Assembly (NCBI RefSeq): GCF_009914755.1 | Contig: NC_060927.1 | Strand: one strand, 5' to 3' | DNA length: 64,000 nt | Source: the human T2T-CHM13v2.0 reference genome, Homo sapiens | Part shown: positions 39,061-50,635 of the stretch, piece after piece | Position numbering within the stretch: the stretch's first letter is position 1 | How the letters are laid out: each line of letters starts with the position of its first letter | Made by a program: the position numbers and the translations under genes | Notes under the pieces: generated by a model | Told to the model about the DNA's origin: nothing | Databases searched by the model: none | What the model saw: the letters and a program-made list of their open reading frames with translations, nothing else

Positions 39061-42000
39061 AAGAAGAACTTTGTATTTCCTACTTTGCTCTACACATCTA
39101 CACATAGAAGGTATTTTAAATATTTATGGTTTGTTGATTTTAAAAGAGGCTTTGTTAAAACGAAAGTATTAAACGGGTAAAAAATAGAACCAAGTCTGTG
39201 TGACAATACACTAGATTTCAAATTCTCTTTTGCAAGTATTTATTGAACACTTTCTACAGACAAGGTACAATGCCAGATATTAGGGATCTGAAGAGAAAAA
39301 TCAGTAAACAAAGTTATTTAGTGCAAGGACAACATAAACAATAATGAAAAAAGAAAGAGATAAACTCCAGCTGAAAACATAAAGACCACATAGGACCTGT
39401 TTGTTAAATATAAGATTCACAGAATACAGTGCAAGGCCAGGGAATAAATGAAAAACCTACAACTTTGATGACTTATTGTAGGACCAGGCATATTACTTAA
39501 CATCCCCGATCCTCTATTTCTTCAATTACAAATGAAATATAAAAGTATCTCTTAAAACATGTCAGCAGGGTCAAATTATATAACTTAGAAGATAATAGGG
39601 ATTCAATATAGCTTAGCATTCTTCCCTAATTTTTTTTAATCTAACCTGCAATTACAATATAGGCGACAACATTTTCAGAGCTGAAATGCGCTTCCGTCAG
39701 CTACACAGTCTTCATGATGATGTCCCATCCACAGGGGTTATATGTGGGCCCGTCCTAGTTTGGTGTTCTCTTTGTGTGCCAAAGAAATGATTATCCCCCA
39801 AAAGCAGCAGCCATCATTTGAGACCTCTCTAGTTCGTTGATTTCAAACTCTGTTACTACTGGGATTTAAACTAAAGCTTTAAGATTGAAAAGAATAATAA
39901 ATACAGCAGGCTCTCAAAAGGGAAACACTTATCTTGTGAAAAAACAAGGTTGTTTTTTTTTTTCTTAATTCTCAATGTTCATTCTGGAAGATTCAAGGTT
40001 ATCTACTACCTGTTTTTCTTCCTCTCCAATGCTCAACTCGAAAGTTGTTCAAAAGGTTCACTGGCATACATAAGCCTGGACCCTATACATGCTTCCTACG
40101 TGAAATATGTTCTTACTTAGGAAAAATGCCAAGCTCCAGTAACTGTGACCTACATAAATTCTAAGGTGCAACGTAAGGAGGGCAAGCAAGGCATTACTGA
40201 ATTGTATATGTCACGCCATACAAGCTGATGTGCAGCTCCCTCAAAGTCTCAAAGGCCTCAATAATTGTAAATAAACAATGTCCTTGAGTCCAAAAAGACT
40301 ATGACATCCCACAATCAAAGTATTAACTTGGAAAGCATTGCCTACTTTGTATTTTCTAGAAATGTTTCATGTGTTCATCAACAGCATGCCAGTCCCAATG
40401 TAAGACACAAACACAGAGACATTCAGTCCATATGACATAAGGTTGAAATCATCCTAATTGTCGACATGAGAAAATGAGAAAGCAATTTGTGGCATCTAAA
40501 TACATGCATAATTTTTATCCCGTCTGGTTTTTGCTCTGGTTCTGTGCAACCTGAAATAAGGAGAGTGTGCAACTGCTTGGTGACAGATTGCACAGGGATG
40601 GAGGACTGTAAATGGATGAATAGTTGGAACATGGTTGAACTCAGGAATGAATGAACCAGACTCTCCTGATGAAATGGCTCCACTCTGGAGATGGAGCCCA
40701 GGAGAGATGCTGAATTCACTTTTTCACACCCCAGGGATCAATTTGGTTAATAACCTCTCTGCTGCCTTAAAATCACTTGGGAACACCTGAACAAAATACA
40801 AATTCAAAGCAAGATCTTCGAAGCTTAGAGAAACTGAATTGAATCAGGAGGTGAAAATCTTGAACATTGACTATTTCAGCTACTATACACCTATGTCCAT
40901 CCAATTTCATCAAGATGCTGAAAAAGTACTTAGGGTAATAAGTATGAAAAATGTTACACTTCTTGGAAAACCAGTGCTTAAATGTTCAGTAAATGATACC
41001 TTGTTTCTGAATTTCCCTAGCAGCACTGAATTCTTAATCATTCACTTATCCATTTAATCATTCAAAAGAAATTTATATCTTCACTTTTTCTCCTGATTGC
41101 ATGGTAATACCTGCTTACTGTAAAATATTCAAATGAGATAGTATCACATCAAGGAGAAAGTATAAGTCTCTAGAAATTCCAGAAAATGTGTATTTGTTAA
41201 CCACTACATTCTAGGCTGTGTGCTAGAGGTGCCACAGAGTTGGCAAAGTAAATCTGAAAACATTCCTGTCCTCAAAAAGACCAGAGTCTAGTAAGAGAGA
41301 TGATAACAATAAAAGTACTAAAATATACTACAAGAAGTAATGCAAGTCATAAAAAAGGTCTGAATAAATGCTATAGGAGGTCCAAGAAAAAGAAACGACT
41401 GCTACCTAAGAATGTCCAGGGAAAACTTCCTTTGCAAAAAGAACCTGTTTCTGCCATTTCCTTGACCATACAACTCCACGTGTTGTGTTACTTATGAGTC
41501 CTCTGCTCAGTGCTGAAAAGATTTCCCTATACTAAGATCTCAGTGCTTCGTTTAACTTGTACAAAATTCCCAAATCCACATTCTTACAATTTCCCCAAAG
41601 ATTCAGCAATTCTGAATTCCGGTACACCTCCTAACAGGGTAAACATAAAGAAATCATTTGATCATTAGTTACTTACCATTATCATTGTTCACAGAAATTG
41701 GGGAAATGGAAAACTATAAGACTGGAAAAAGATAAATGTTCCCCCAGGCCCTCTCAAAAAAACAAAAATTTTGGACAAAATAAAGAAGCTCTAGGTTAGG
41801 AAGAAGGATAAGAGGCACACGAACACAGGAGCATGCCACACACATTTAACACTCAATACACAAGAGCTAAAGAGAAGGCTGTGTAGGGTCAAAGTGAGTT
41901 TGAAATACATAAAAGCTGAGGCTATATAAAAATCTGCATTTACGATAACTCTTCTAGGCAGGGAGGTTGTTGAGTACAGACGAAAAGAACCAGGAGACCA

Positions 42001-42500
42001 GTGGTGACGGAGGATTCTGTCTTTGAGAAGCTGGGAGAACTGGAATAAGACACTTAACCCTTTGGGTTTCATGATTCTCATTATTAAAATAAAATAATGA
42101 TCCTAGGCCTGTATGAAATTCAAATGAGATAATATATTTGAAAGCATTTTACAAAACAGTTCATAATGTATTTTATAAAACACATAGGGTTAAAGTAGTT
42201 GGCCAAAGTTCTAATGAAAGATTAGTTGACTCAGGACATAAATCTGAATTTTCCAAATGACCAATCCCAAATTGTTACCTCTACTATCCCTTAGAAGTAA
42301 AAAAGGATTTAAACAACTCAACAGGTAAAAATAATACTTCCTCCACAATAAATACCATATCATATTCCCCTTTGTTCCTCCAGCATCTACACAGTGCTTT
42401 GCACAGAGTGAGTACTCAGTACTCTAGAAGCAAAACTCATCTTTCTCCTACTCTACCTTCCTATCTCTTAGCAACTACTAATTTTCTGCTGCATTTTTAG

Positions 42501-42515
42501 TGGACATCAGCATCA
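42501..42515 (+). other. Candidate 15-nt microexon (host transcript unknown)
   Basis: Branch point CTACTAAT, tract TTTTCTGCTGCATTTTTAG, exon TGGACATCAGCATCA, donor GTAAGT. Confidence 0.2.
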
Positions 42516-43529
42516 GTAAGTTGCCATCCCAAGGAACAAAGTCAAATTGGCAAAAAGGTGGATGGGCTAGCATCCATCTTTGGTTGTTATCAAAATATTC
42601 TCCTTCCTCAGCACACTCAAGTGAAGGCCATAAGTGGACTGTCTGGGCCGAAAGTCTCCCCATACTTCCACCACTCTTGTATCATTAAACATTCTTCGCA
42701 GCCTTGGTCAGGAGAGGACTGCGTGGATGGGCACTGGACATGCAAAGTGGCCCAGGTACATAGCAGTCTTGTCAAGCTTGGAGAGTAGTGGCCCACTCTT
42801 GGCCCCAGGCCACTGCCATTTGCCTGTCATTTGTAAGAGCACAGACCAGAACATGAGCCCAGTCTGCTGTGCACCTCACAGCAACATCCTGACAATTCTG
42901 AAACTCAAAAAAGGTTTCGTTGTTTATTGGGTATAAGCCAGGCAGGACTGAAAAGGAATTCTTTAAAGGTTAGTGGTGCAATACTGGATAAGAGCTTTAC
43001 ACATCCCAGTCTTCCTTCCTTGGTGTCAGAACGGGATTAACAGGAAGACTGGCCAACAGATGCCCAGGGTACCAATCTAAGAGGGTACTAAAATAGCCCC
43101 AGAAAACTAACACAATGAAGAAAACAGCATTTATCAGAACTTTCTTCAAGAAGGGAACTGGGTTTCATTGTAAGAAATACTTCGATAAAACAATTGAGGT
43201 AGAATAGGGATGATATGCTTTGAAAAAACTAAAAACAAGGCCAATATAATGCTTTCATGTAGGGTGGTTCCAACAATCAAAGGGCTTTCATTTTGCTAAG
43301 CTGAGTATGGAGGCCAGGACACTGTAATCTGTTGTCATCTTCCTCCACAAGCAGCACTACTCAAATCTGTTACTTCACTTGATTGCTGAAGGAATACTGA
43401 ATTAGTCTGCATGGGCCACCCACATGTCTTAGTTGAGCCCTACATGAGATCACCAGTTCTCAGAAAAGGTCTGGCTGTTCTGTTTCAGTTCCCCAGTTTC
43501 CATTTCTTGTCTCCCTTACCTTATTCATC

Positions 43530-44960
43530 CATAGACAATTCAATTACAAATATTTACTGAACACCTGCTGTATTTCAAGCCCTGGGAAGGAAGAGATGAG
43601 CACAACATAATCTTGGTGCCAGATAAACACATGTCCTAGACAGACAACTAAGTTAATATAAGGCAAATGGATGGGAGCTCTATGAGAGAAACATACAAAT
43701 GCAAACATGGGGATGCCGATAAGGAGTGAGGGAATGCCTTATGGAAAATGTGACATTTACATAGGGCCTCTTAGGATTAGGAGGAGCTGACAAGTGCAAA
43801 AGAAGGATAGAGAAACCCAAGGGTGTTGAATGAAGGGCACAGTGACTTGAGCAAACTGTAAAGAGTCCACAGTGACCACAGCACAGGCAACATGGTTAAG
43901 AGTGCAGAAGATGAGGCTACTGATAAATGTCAGAGCCAAAATTTGAAAAGTCTTTGAAGCCATTCCAGAACGTTAAGATCTTACTCTGGAAGCACAAGGG
44001 AGCTATCGATGGTTTTAAGCCAGAAGTAAAAGAAAAAAAAATGTGGTAGATTTGTGTTCAGTGAAAGAACTCTGGCAGAAATTGAAAACTAATGGATAGA
44101 AATGGGGTGTAGGGAGTAGAAGCAGAAATTGCAGTGGCCCAGGATGAGAACAGAATATAGAAAACAGGCATTTCACAGGCAAAAATCAATGGTAGTTGGC
44201 GACTATAGTGCATAGTGATGAAGAGGAAAGAGTTCCTGTCTCCTAATTCATTCATATTCATCCTTTACATCTCAGATCAAATGCCACTTTCTAAAGGAAG
44301 ACGTCTCAAACCCCAAGAATAAATTAGGTCCTTCTGGACATGCTCACAAAGCACATTGGACTTTTCCTCCACAGCATTGACCTCAGTTTATAATGCTATA
44401 TTTCTGTAATAAATAAAATTAATCTCTGTATCTGCTACCAGATTGTGAACCTCTTGAGGGTACAACCATGTCTGTTTTGTGGTTCCTGTATTCCTAGTAT
44501 CTAGCTTTTAGTAGGAACTCAAAAACTATATTTTGGAAGCAATAAGGGAAGGCACTTAAGGATCACATAAAGACTTCTATACTGCAATGCCAGGTAGCTG
44601 GTGATCCCATTAACTAAGACAGAACATAGAAAAAGAGGAAAAGGGGAAAATAGGGAGAAGAAAATGAATTCCAGAATAAACAAGGTAAATTGGAAAAATC
44701 TTCAAGAATTCCAGATGGAGATTTCAAATAGCTTGAAACTCAGCAGTCAATCCAGAGATTATAGATTTAGGAATCATCTATGTAGTGGAAGAGAGGAGAG
44801 TCACTGCTTTACTCGGGTTAAGTATATGACTCCAGAAGAAAAGAGGCTCAAAGATGGAGCCCTGAAGAAAGCCAGAGGTAGAATCCAAGCAAACTAAATA
44901 ATACAGCAAAAATACTGGGAAAGAAAGTCTGAGAGCCAGGAGAACAACCATGAGAGGGTT
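43530..44960 (-). mobile_element. L2 (-) fragments with a nested L2 (+) piece at about 44250-44550
   Basis: CAAATATTTACTGAACACCTGC (minus 3' end); CATCTCAGATCAAATGCCACTT...AGATTGTGAACCTCTTGAGGG (plus piece). Confidence 0.65.
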
Positions 44961-44979
44961 GTATTTTAAGAGGTCAAGG

Positions 44980-45271
44980 AGCCAGGCACAGTGGCTCATG
45001 CCTGTAATAATGCCAGCACTTTGGGAGGCCGAGATAGGTGGATTAACTGAGGTCAGGAGTTCAAGACCAGCCTAGCTAACACGGTGAAACCCCATCTCTA
45101 CTAAAAGTACAAAAATTTAGCCAGGCGTGGTGGCAGGCACCTGTAATCCCAGCTACTCAGGAGGCTGAGGCAGGAGAATTGCTTTGAACTCGGGAGGCGG
45201 AGGTTGCAGTGAGCTGAGATCGCGCCACTGCACTCCAGCCTGGGTGACAGAGTGAGACTCTGTCTCACACA

Positions 45272-45317
<46 letters not shown>
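44980..45317 (+). mobile_element. AluS whose tail is a (CA)n microsatellite
   Basis: TSD AAGAGGTCAAGG at 44968-44979 and 45318-45329; about 26 CA units at 45266-45317. Confidence 0.95.
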
Positions 45318-45319
<2 letters not shown>

Positions 45320-45796
45320 GAGGTCAAGGGAGGTAGAGCTCAAGAAAGAGAAAGTGCTTAGTGGGGCCCAATATTACCAAGGGTAGGGGGTTGGCTCATA
45401 AGCCTCAGAAAGTGGTGGGCACTGGGATTCAGGCAATGTCTATTTCTAAAGCAAGAGATCCCAAACTCCCAAAGAAAAGCTGAAAACAGTGATGAAAACA
45501 GCAGGTGTGCACAGAAGGAAACTAAAAAACATGCAAGAAAATAATTATTCATTCAATAAGTATTTGTTGAGCTTCTACTATGGTCCAAGCATTCTATATT
45601 GGAAGTATAGCAGTAAACAGGATATAATGGTCTGTGGGCCCACAGGATTTAAGAGCAGATAGGATCAAGATCAAAGAAAAAGAGTCTGACTTCAAAAAGC
45701 TATGAGACATCTCTTCAAAGGAAGGAGAAATGATCTGGGGCTAAAGATTATATGGGCAGAGTCCTAGAAGTATCAAGAAGACAGAAAATTTTAGGG

Positions 45797-46312
45797 TTGT
45801 CATGAGTTGGGTTGCCCTGAAGGCAAAACCTGAGACAAGGACTTAGGTGCAGGAGTTTATGTGAGAGATGACTCCAGGAAGCAGAGATGAGGAAATAGGG
45901 TGTAAAAAGGGAAGAGCAAAAGCCAACTAAGGGTACATTATCAAGTTTACCACTTGCCAAACCAGCAAGAGGCTGGTTTGGCCAGAACCTCCAGAGAAGT
46001 ACACAGCTTGCCTCCAGAACTGTTCACCTGAATCGCAAAGGCCGGAGCACTTATTCACATGTTCAAATGCCCAGTGGCTGAGAGTAGCCTCTGAGGGCAT
46101 TTATTCCCACAGACGTCCAGGCTCCTCTTCAGCCCAGGCCATGCAGACTCCCAGCATAAGAGATGCCCTTGGGGAAGAAAGCAGAAAAGCAGAAAAGTAG
46201 GGGCTAGAGGTGGGAAGCTGACTTGGACAAAACTGGTCACCACAGTTGTTGCTGAAATCAGAGATAATTTCACAGAGGGACTGTGAAAATGGCCACAGGG
46301 GCATCTGCCACA
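45797..46312 (-). mobile_element. LTR16-family (ERVL) solo LTR
   Basis: GAGTTGGGTTGCCCTGAAGGCAAAACCTGAGACAAGGACTT...GGTGGGAAGCTG...GGCATCTGCCACA. Confidence 0.75.
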
Positions 46313-46549
46313 AAGGTAGTGTTGGTGAGAACTAGGTGGAAATGGCTAATCATTCAGCCCAGGCTAGTTAAGGAGAAAAAAAAAGAATGCTAAGAGAAAG
46401 TGGCTTGGGAAGTTTTCTAAGGTCTAAGCTTTCTTTCAATGATTTTTGGCCTCTGCATAAAAATATGAACTTAGGGACTTACTAATAGCTCAAAGTTAAG
46501 ATCATAGAGAAGGCGTTGTACTCCTCTAGGTCAAGGGCATATTAACCAC

Positions 46550-46685
46550 TGATATTTATTGAGCACTTACTATGTGCCAGGCACTTTATAGTCATCATCA
46601 AATAAATCATCCCTGCAACTGTATATACTCATTAGTATTGTTGTTCCCATTTTATAAAGGAAGGAACTGAGGCTTAGAGAGTTTT
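46550..46685 (-). mobile_element. MIR
   Basis: ATTTATTGAGCACTTACTATGTGCCAGGCAC...CCCATTTTATAAAGGAAGGAACTGAGGC. Confidence 0.85.
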
Positions 46686-46768
46686 TAAAGCTTTTAAGAT
46701 CTATGAGGTAACAACCTATTTCATTTTAAGTGTATGTCAATAACCCACACTTGCATCCTTGTGTTCGA

Positions 46769-46809
46769 ACACACACACACACACATACACACACACACAC
46801 ATACACACA
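46769..46809. repeat. (AC)n microsatellite with two AT interruptions
   Basis: Read directly. Confidence 0.9.
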
Positions 46810-47444
46810 GTAAAATCAGATATGAGGAATTTCTGGTTTTACTAGAGAATTTAGTTTATTTATCTTCCCTGTCTATTTCTTCATTACATGGATAATGAAG
46901 CACTTCTAGACTCTTTAATGAATACATTTATTTAAATTTTAAAAAATTTATACCAATTGATCAATGTGTTTTCATCAAATACGTGGACTAGAAATACAGA
47001 AAATAAAGATGTTTAGATATAGAAAACTGAGCAAAAACCAGCTACAAAATACCACCAAAAGCACAGAGCTAGTTGAAGTCAAAAAAAGCATCATAAAGGG
47101 AAAAACTAAAAGCATCTAAATACAGAACAAAAGGCAAATCTGATTGAAAACTTGTCTGCATCTTTAATTTGGAGGCTCATGATCATGCTGGAGGTAGGAG
47201 GCAAAATTTAATTTAAGGAGAATTTTGGCCAACCATCGCTATTTTCTTTAACACAAGAACAAGGAGGGAGAGGGAATGAGGTAGACAACATCCACGGAGG
47301 ACCAGGTGAAGGAAAAGCAGAGAGTGATCATATCCCATATCCCCAGACACTTGGATTAGCCTCAGGGAGGCTGGTTAGGCAATGCCACCACCACCACCGT
47401 CACCACGCCCCCACCCCCCTCACCCGACCCACCCGCCACTCCCA

Positions 47445-47605
47445 GAATAAAGCTGGTTTGTAATTAGTTTAGGCTGTAGAGGCTTGTATCATTAAAATAA
47501 TGACCACTGGGCATTTGCCACAACCAAGATAATGTTTCATAATCAAATTAACTTGGCTCAAAAACTTGATTTGGAACCTGTTTATGGTTAGTCATCAAAC
47601 AGCTT
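47445..47605. promoter_or_regulatory. Candidate developmental enhancer (paired-homeodomain P3 site, NFI-like, TAAT cluster)
   Basis: TAATTA, TAATCAAATTA, TGGGCATTTGCCA, TGTTTATGG in non-repeat DNA. Confidence 0.3.
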
Positions 47606-48814
47606 TCGGGGTGCTTGAAGCATAAGATATGCAAAAAACTAGGTAAGTAGTGCATGAACACAGAATCAGAGGAAAATGTGGCTATGTTTTAGTCACAGAG
47701 TACTTACAATGGGGGTTGGAGGTAGGAGGACAGTGACTATACAAGAAAAGGATTTGAAATTGACCCTCAAAGAACTGAATATCTTTTTAAATAAAATGAC
47801 AATATTAAAACCACATGCTTAAAATACGTACGGCTAAGTGCTTCAGCAGAGACTGGGATACCAGATCCTGAGTTCCTCAAAGGCAGGAGTGTCCAAGTCA
47901 TTCACTTTTGCTTCACCGGAGCCTAACACATTGCCTGGAGCAGTGTTGGTACTCAGGAAAACCTTCTGTCGAATGAAGGACTATCATGCTGTTATAATAA
48001 TTAGGAGAGGACAACATAGAAACATGGAAAACCTTTTTAATCTACTGGAAAGTGAAAATGATATGTCAATGGATTGCAACCATGTGCAAAAACAGGTGTG
48101 TTTGAGGACAACTAGAAGATAAGGTGGCAAAAATGAAAACACTGGTGTCAGGTGTTAGGATTCTGCATGTATTGTTGTTGTTTCTAAAACTGCATTTAAT
48201 GTTGTCAGAATATAATCTTTGTAATTTCAGAATCTAGAGATGCTTCCATGTTGGAGGGAGGGAAGGAACTGGATACTCAATGAACTGATAGCTTACAGGC
48301 AAAGGTTCAAACTCCATTGCTTAGCACTGCAGACTCTTTGTGGCACAGTCCCCAAGAACTCCAGTTTTATATCATATCCCTGCTCCTTCCTTCTTCCCCA
48401 TCACACTGAATAGTTTGCCTTTTCTAAAACGTATCATAGGTTTCACTCTTTTTTTTTTTTTTTTTTTTTTTGGTACACACTCTTCTCACTATTTGTAATG
48501 CCCTTGTTTCCGTCCCTTCTTCATATGGCTAAATCCTACCCATTCTTCAAAACACAACTCAAATATTTCCCCTCTGAGAAGCTGACCTGATTCCCCACAC
48601 CCTATCCCAGTCTCAATTTTTGGCCACGTCTCTAAGTTTCTATAGCAACTTATGCGCTTACCTCTTTCAGAGCCCTGTCTCACTATGCTGCAATCACTGG
48701 TGTACTTGCCTTTCTCCTCTACTAGCCTGGATGCTACCTACAGATAATGTAAAGATACCTGGGGCTACAAAGGCCAGTGGATGACCCACTGTCTTTTTTA
48801 CCAAACTGTGACAG

Positions 48815-49590
48815 TGTGGTCACTTAGTCAAGACTCTTTTGGTTGCAAGTAACAGACATCCATTGAAACTGCTTTGAGCACAAAAGGGAAATTTATTTAT
48901 AAGGACATAGAGATACTTCTCAGAGCCCAAGGTTAGAAAGTGCAGACACTGAGGTCTGGATCCTGGAGCTAGAAAGCCTACAGAATCAAGGCAGCTACTC
49001 TCTTAGTCAATCAGTCTTACTCTCTCCCCATACCCACCTCTCTCCCTGCAGCCTCACACAGTCTTTTAATCTGCATATCTCCAGAGGCCTGTTGTATTCC
49101 TCTCTCTTTCTTTCTCCCTCTCTCTTGCTCCGAAAGACAGTTATACAGTGGCTACAAGTATGAGCTCATACTACCTGTGTTCATGCCTGGCTCTGCCATT
49201 AACCAACTATATGACCTTGGATAAATTACTTAACCGCTCTGTGACTCAGTTTCCTCTTCTACAAAATGGGAATAAGAAGAGGTCCCACCTCATAGGAGTA
49301 TTACAAGGATTATTGAATTAATCTAAGACATGGCTTCCCACTGCTCCCAAGTTTACACATCTACCTAGTCTATCTACAAATATGTCTTAGTCCAAGACCA
49401 CACTTCTGAGAAAGACAACCTGGCTGGTCCAGCTTGAGTCAGCTGTGGATCTTTGATCTACTGAGCCACAGCCTGGGAGCCAAGTTAAAAACCTGATCAC
49501 CAGGGCCCATCCTTGAAGATAAAGTGACAGTTCTTAGAGAAAGGGGCCATGGGCTGAGCAGACACCAGAAACAAAAACCTGCTACAGCCA
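48815..49590 (-). mobile_element. Old MLT1 LTR split by a MIR (+) at about 49140-49325
   Basis: AGTCAAGACTCTTTTGGTTGCAAGTAACAGA...AAAGGGAAATTTATT; MIR core TCAGTTTCCTCTTCTACAAAATGGG. Confidence 0.65.
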
Positions 49591-50185
49591 CTAACTAACC
49601 ATGCAGCCATGCTTGTGGGCCTGCCTAGGATTACAGCTGGGCCTTTTCACCTCATGGCCCTGAGCAAGGCTCGTATTTAAAACACACAGCTGCCTGTCAG
49701 ACTGCAATGACACCTAAGGGAGCTCCACACACTGGCACTTAATAAAGGCTTAATGGTGATGATGGTGGCGCTGACAAAAATGACGGTGGCACAACAGGCC
49801 ATGCTATTGCTTCCCAGCAGTTCTCTGCTGGGCCCCGTGGCTTGAAGTTGAAATCAGCACATCCTTCTAACTCGGCTAATGTGGCTTGGCTCTGGGGCCA
49901 ACCCTCATCAGATCCCATCCAACTGCTAGTTAGGTAGATTTATACCCCACTAAATCCATTGTCACACAAGGGCTTCCTCCTCACTGCCAGAGTGTAAAGA
50001 ACATAGACACAGCATCCAATAACCAAAGGAGGAAAGGCCTCCAAAGAAAATTAACCATTTGACTTCAAAATGTTATGCTGCTGCTCTAGAATTTCCAACC
50101 AAATGAAATCAGCTGAAGGTCCTGCATCTTTAAATAATAAAAAAATAAAGAAGAACCACAGCTGTGGGCCCTTACTAGCCCATAA

Positions 50186-50478
<293 letters not shown>

Positions 50479-50547
50479 ATCAAACTTATTTTTTATTGCA
50501 GTATAATCTCTTTAACAAAAAACAAGAATTGTAGACCAGTACATCTT

Positions 50548-50635
50548 TGCTATGAACTGAATGTCTGTGTCCCCTCAAAATTCATATGCAGAAATCCTAA
50601 CCCCCAATGTGATGGAATTAGGAAGTGGGACCTTG
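50548..50635 (+). mobile_element. MLT1A/MST LTR 5' fragment
   Basis: TGCTATGAACTGAATGTCTGTGTCCCCTCAAAATTCATATG...CCCCCAATGTGATGG. Confidence 0.8.

Noticed and set aside
39712-39800. C/D snoRNA (ATGATGA box C)
   Set aside because: No suitably placed CTGA box D with a terminal stem
43530-44550. L2-derived miRNA hairpin from opposed L2s
   Set aside because: The 3' ends are about 1 kb apart and point away from each other, unlike the abutting tail-to-tail arrangement of miR-28/miR-151
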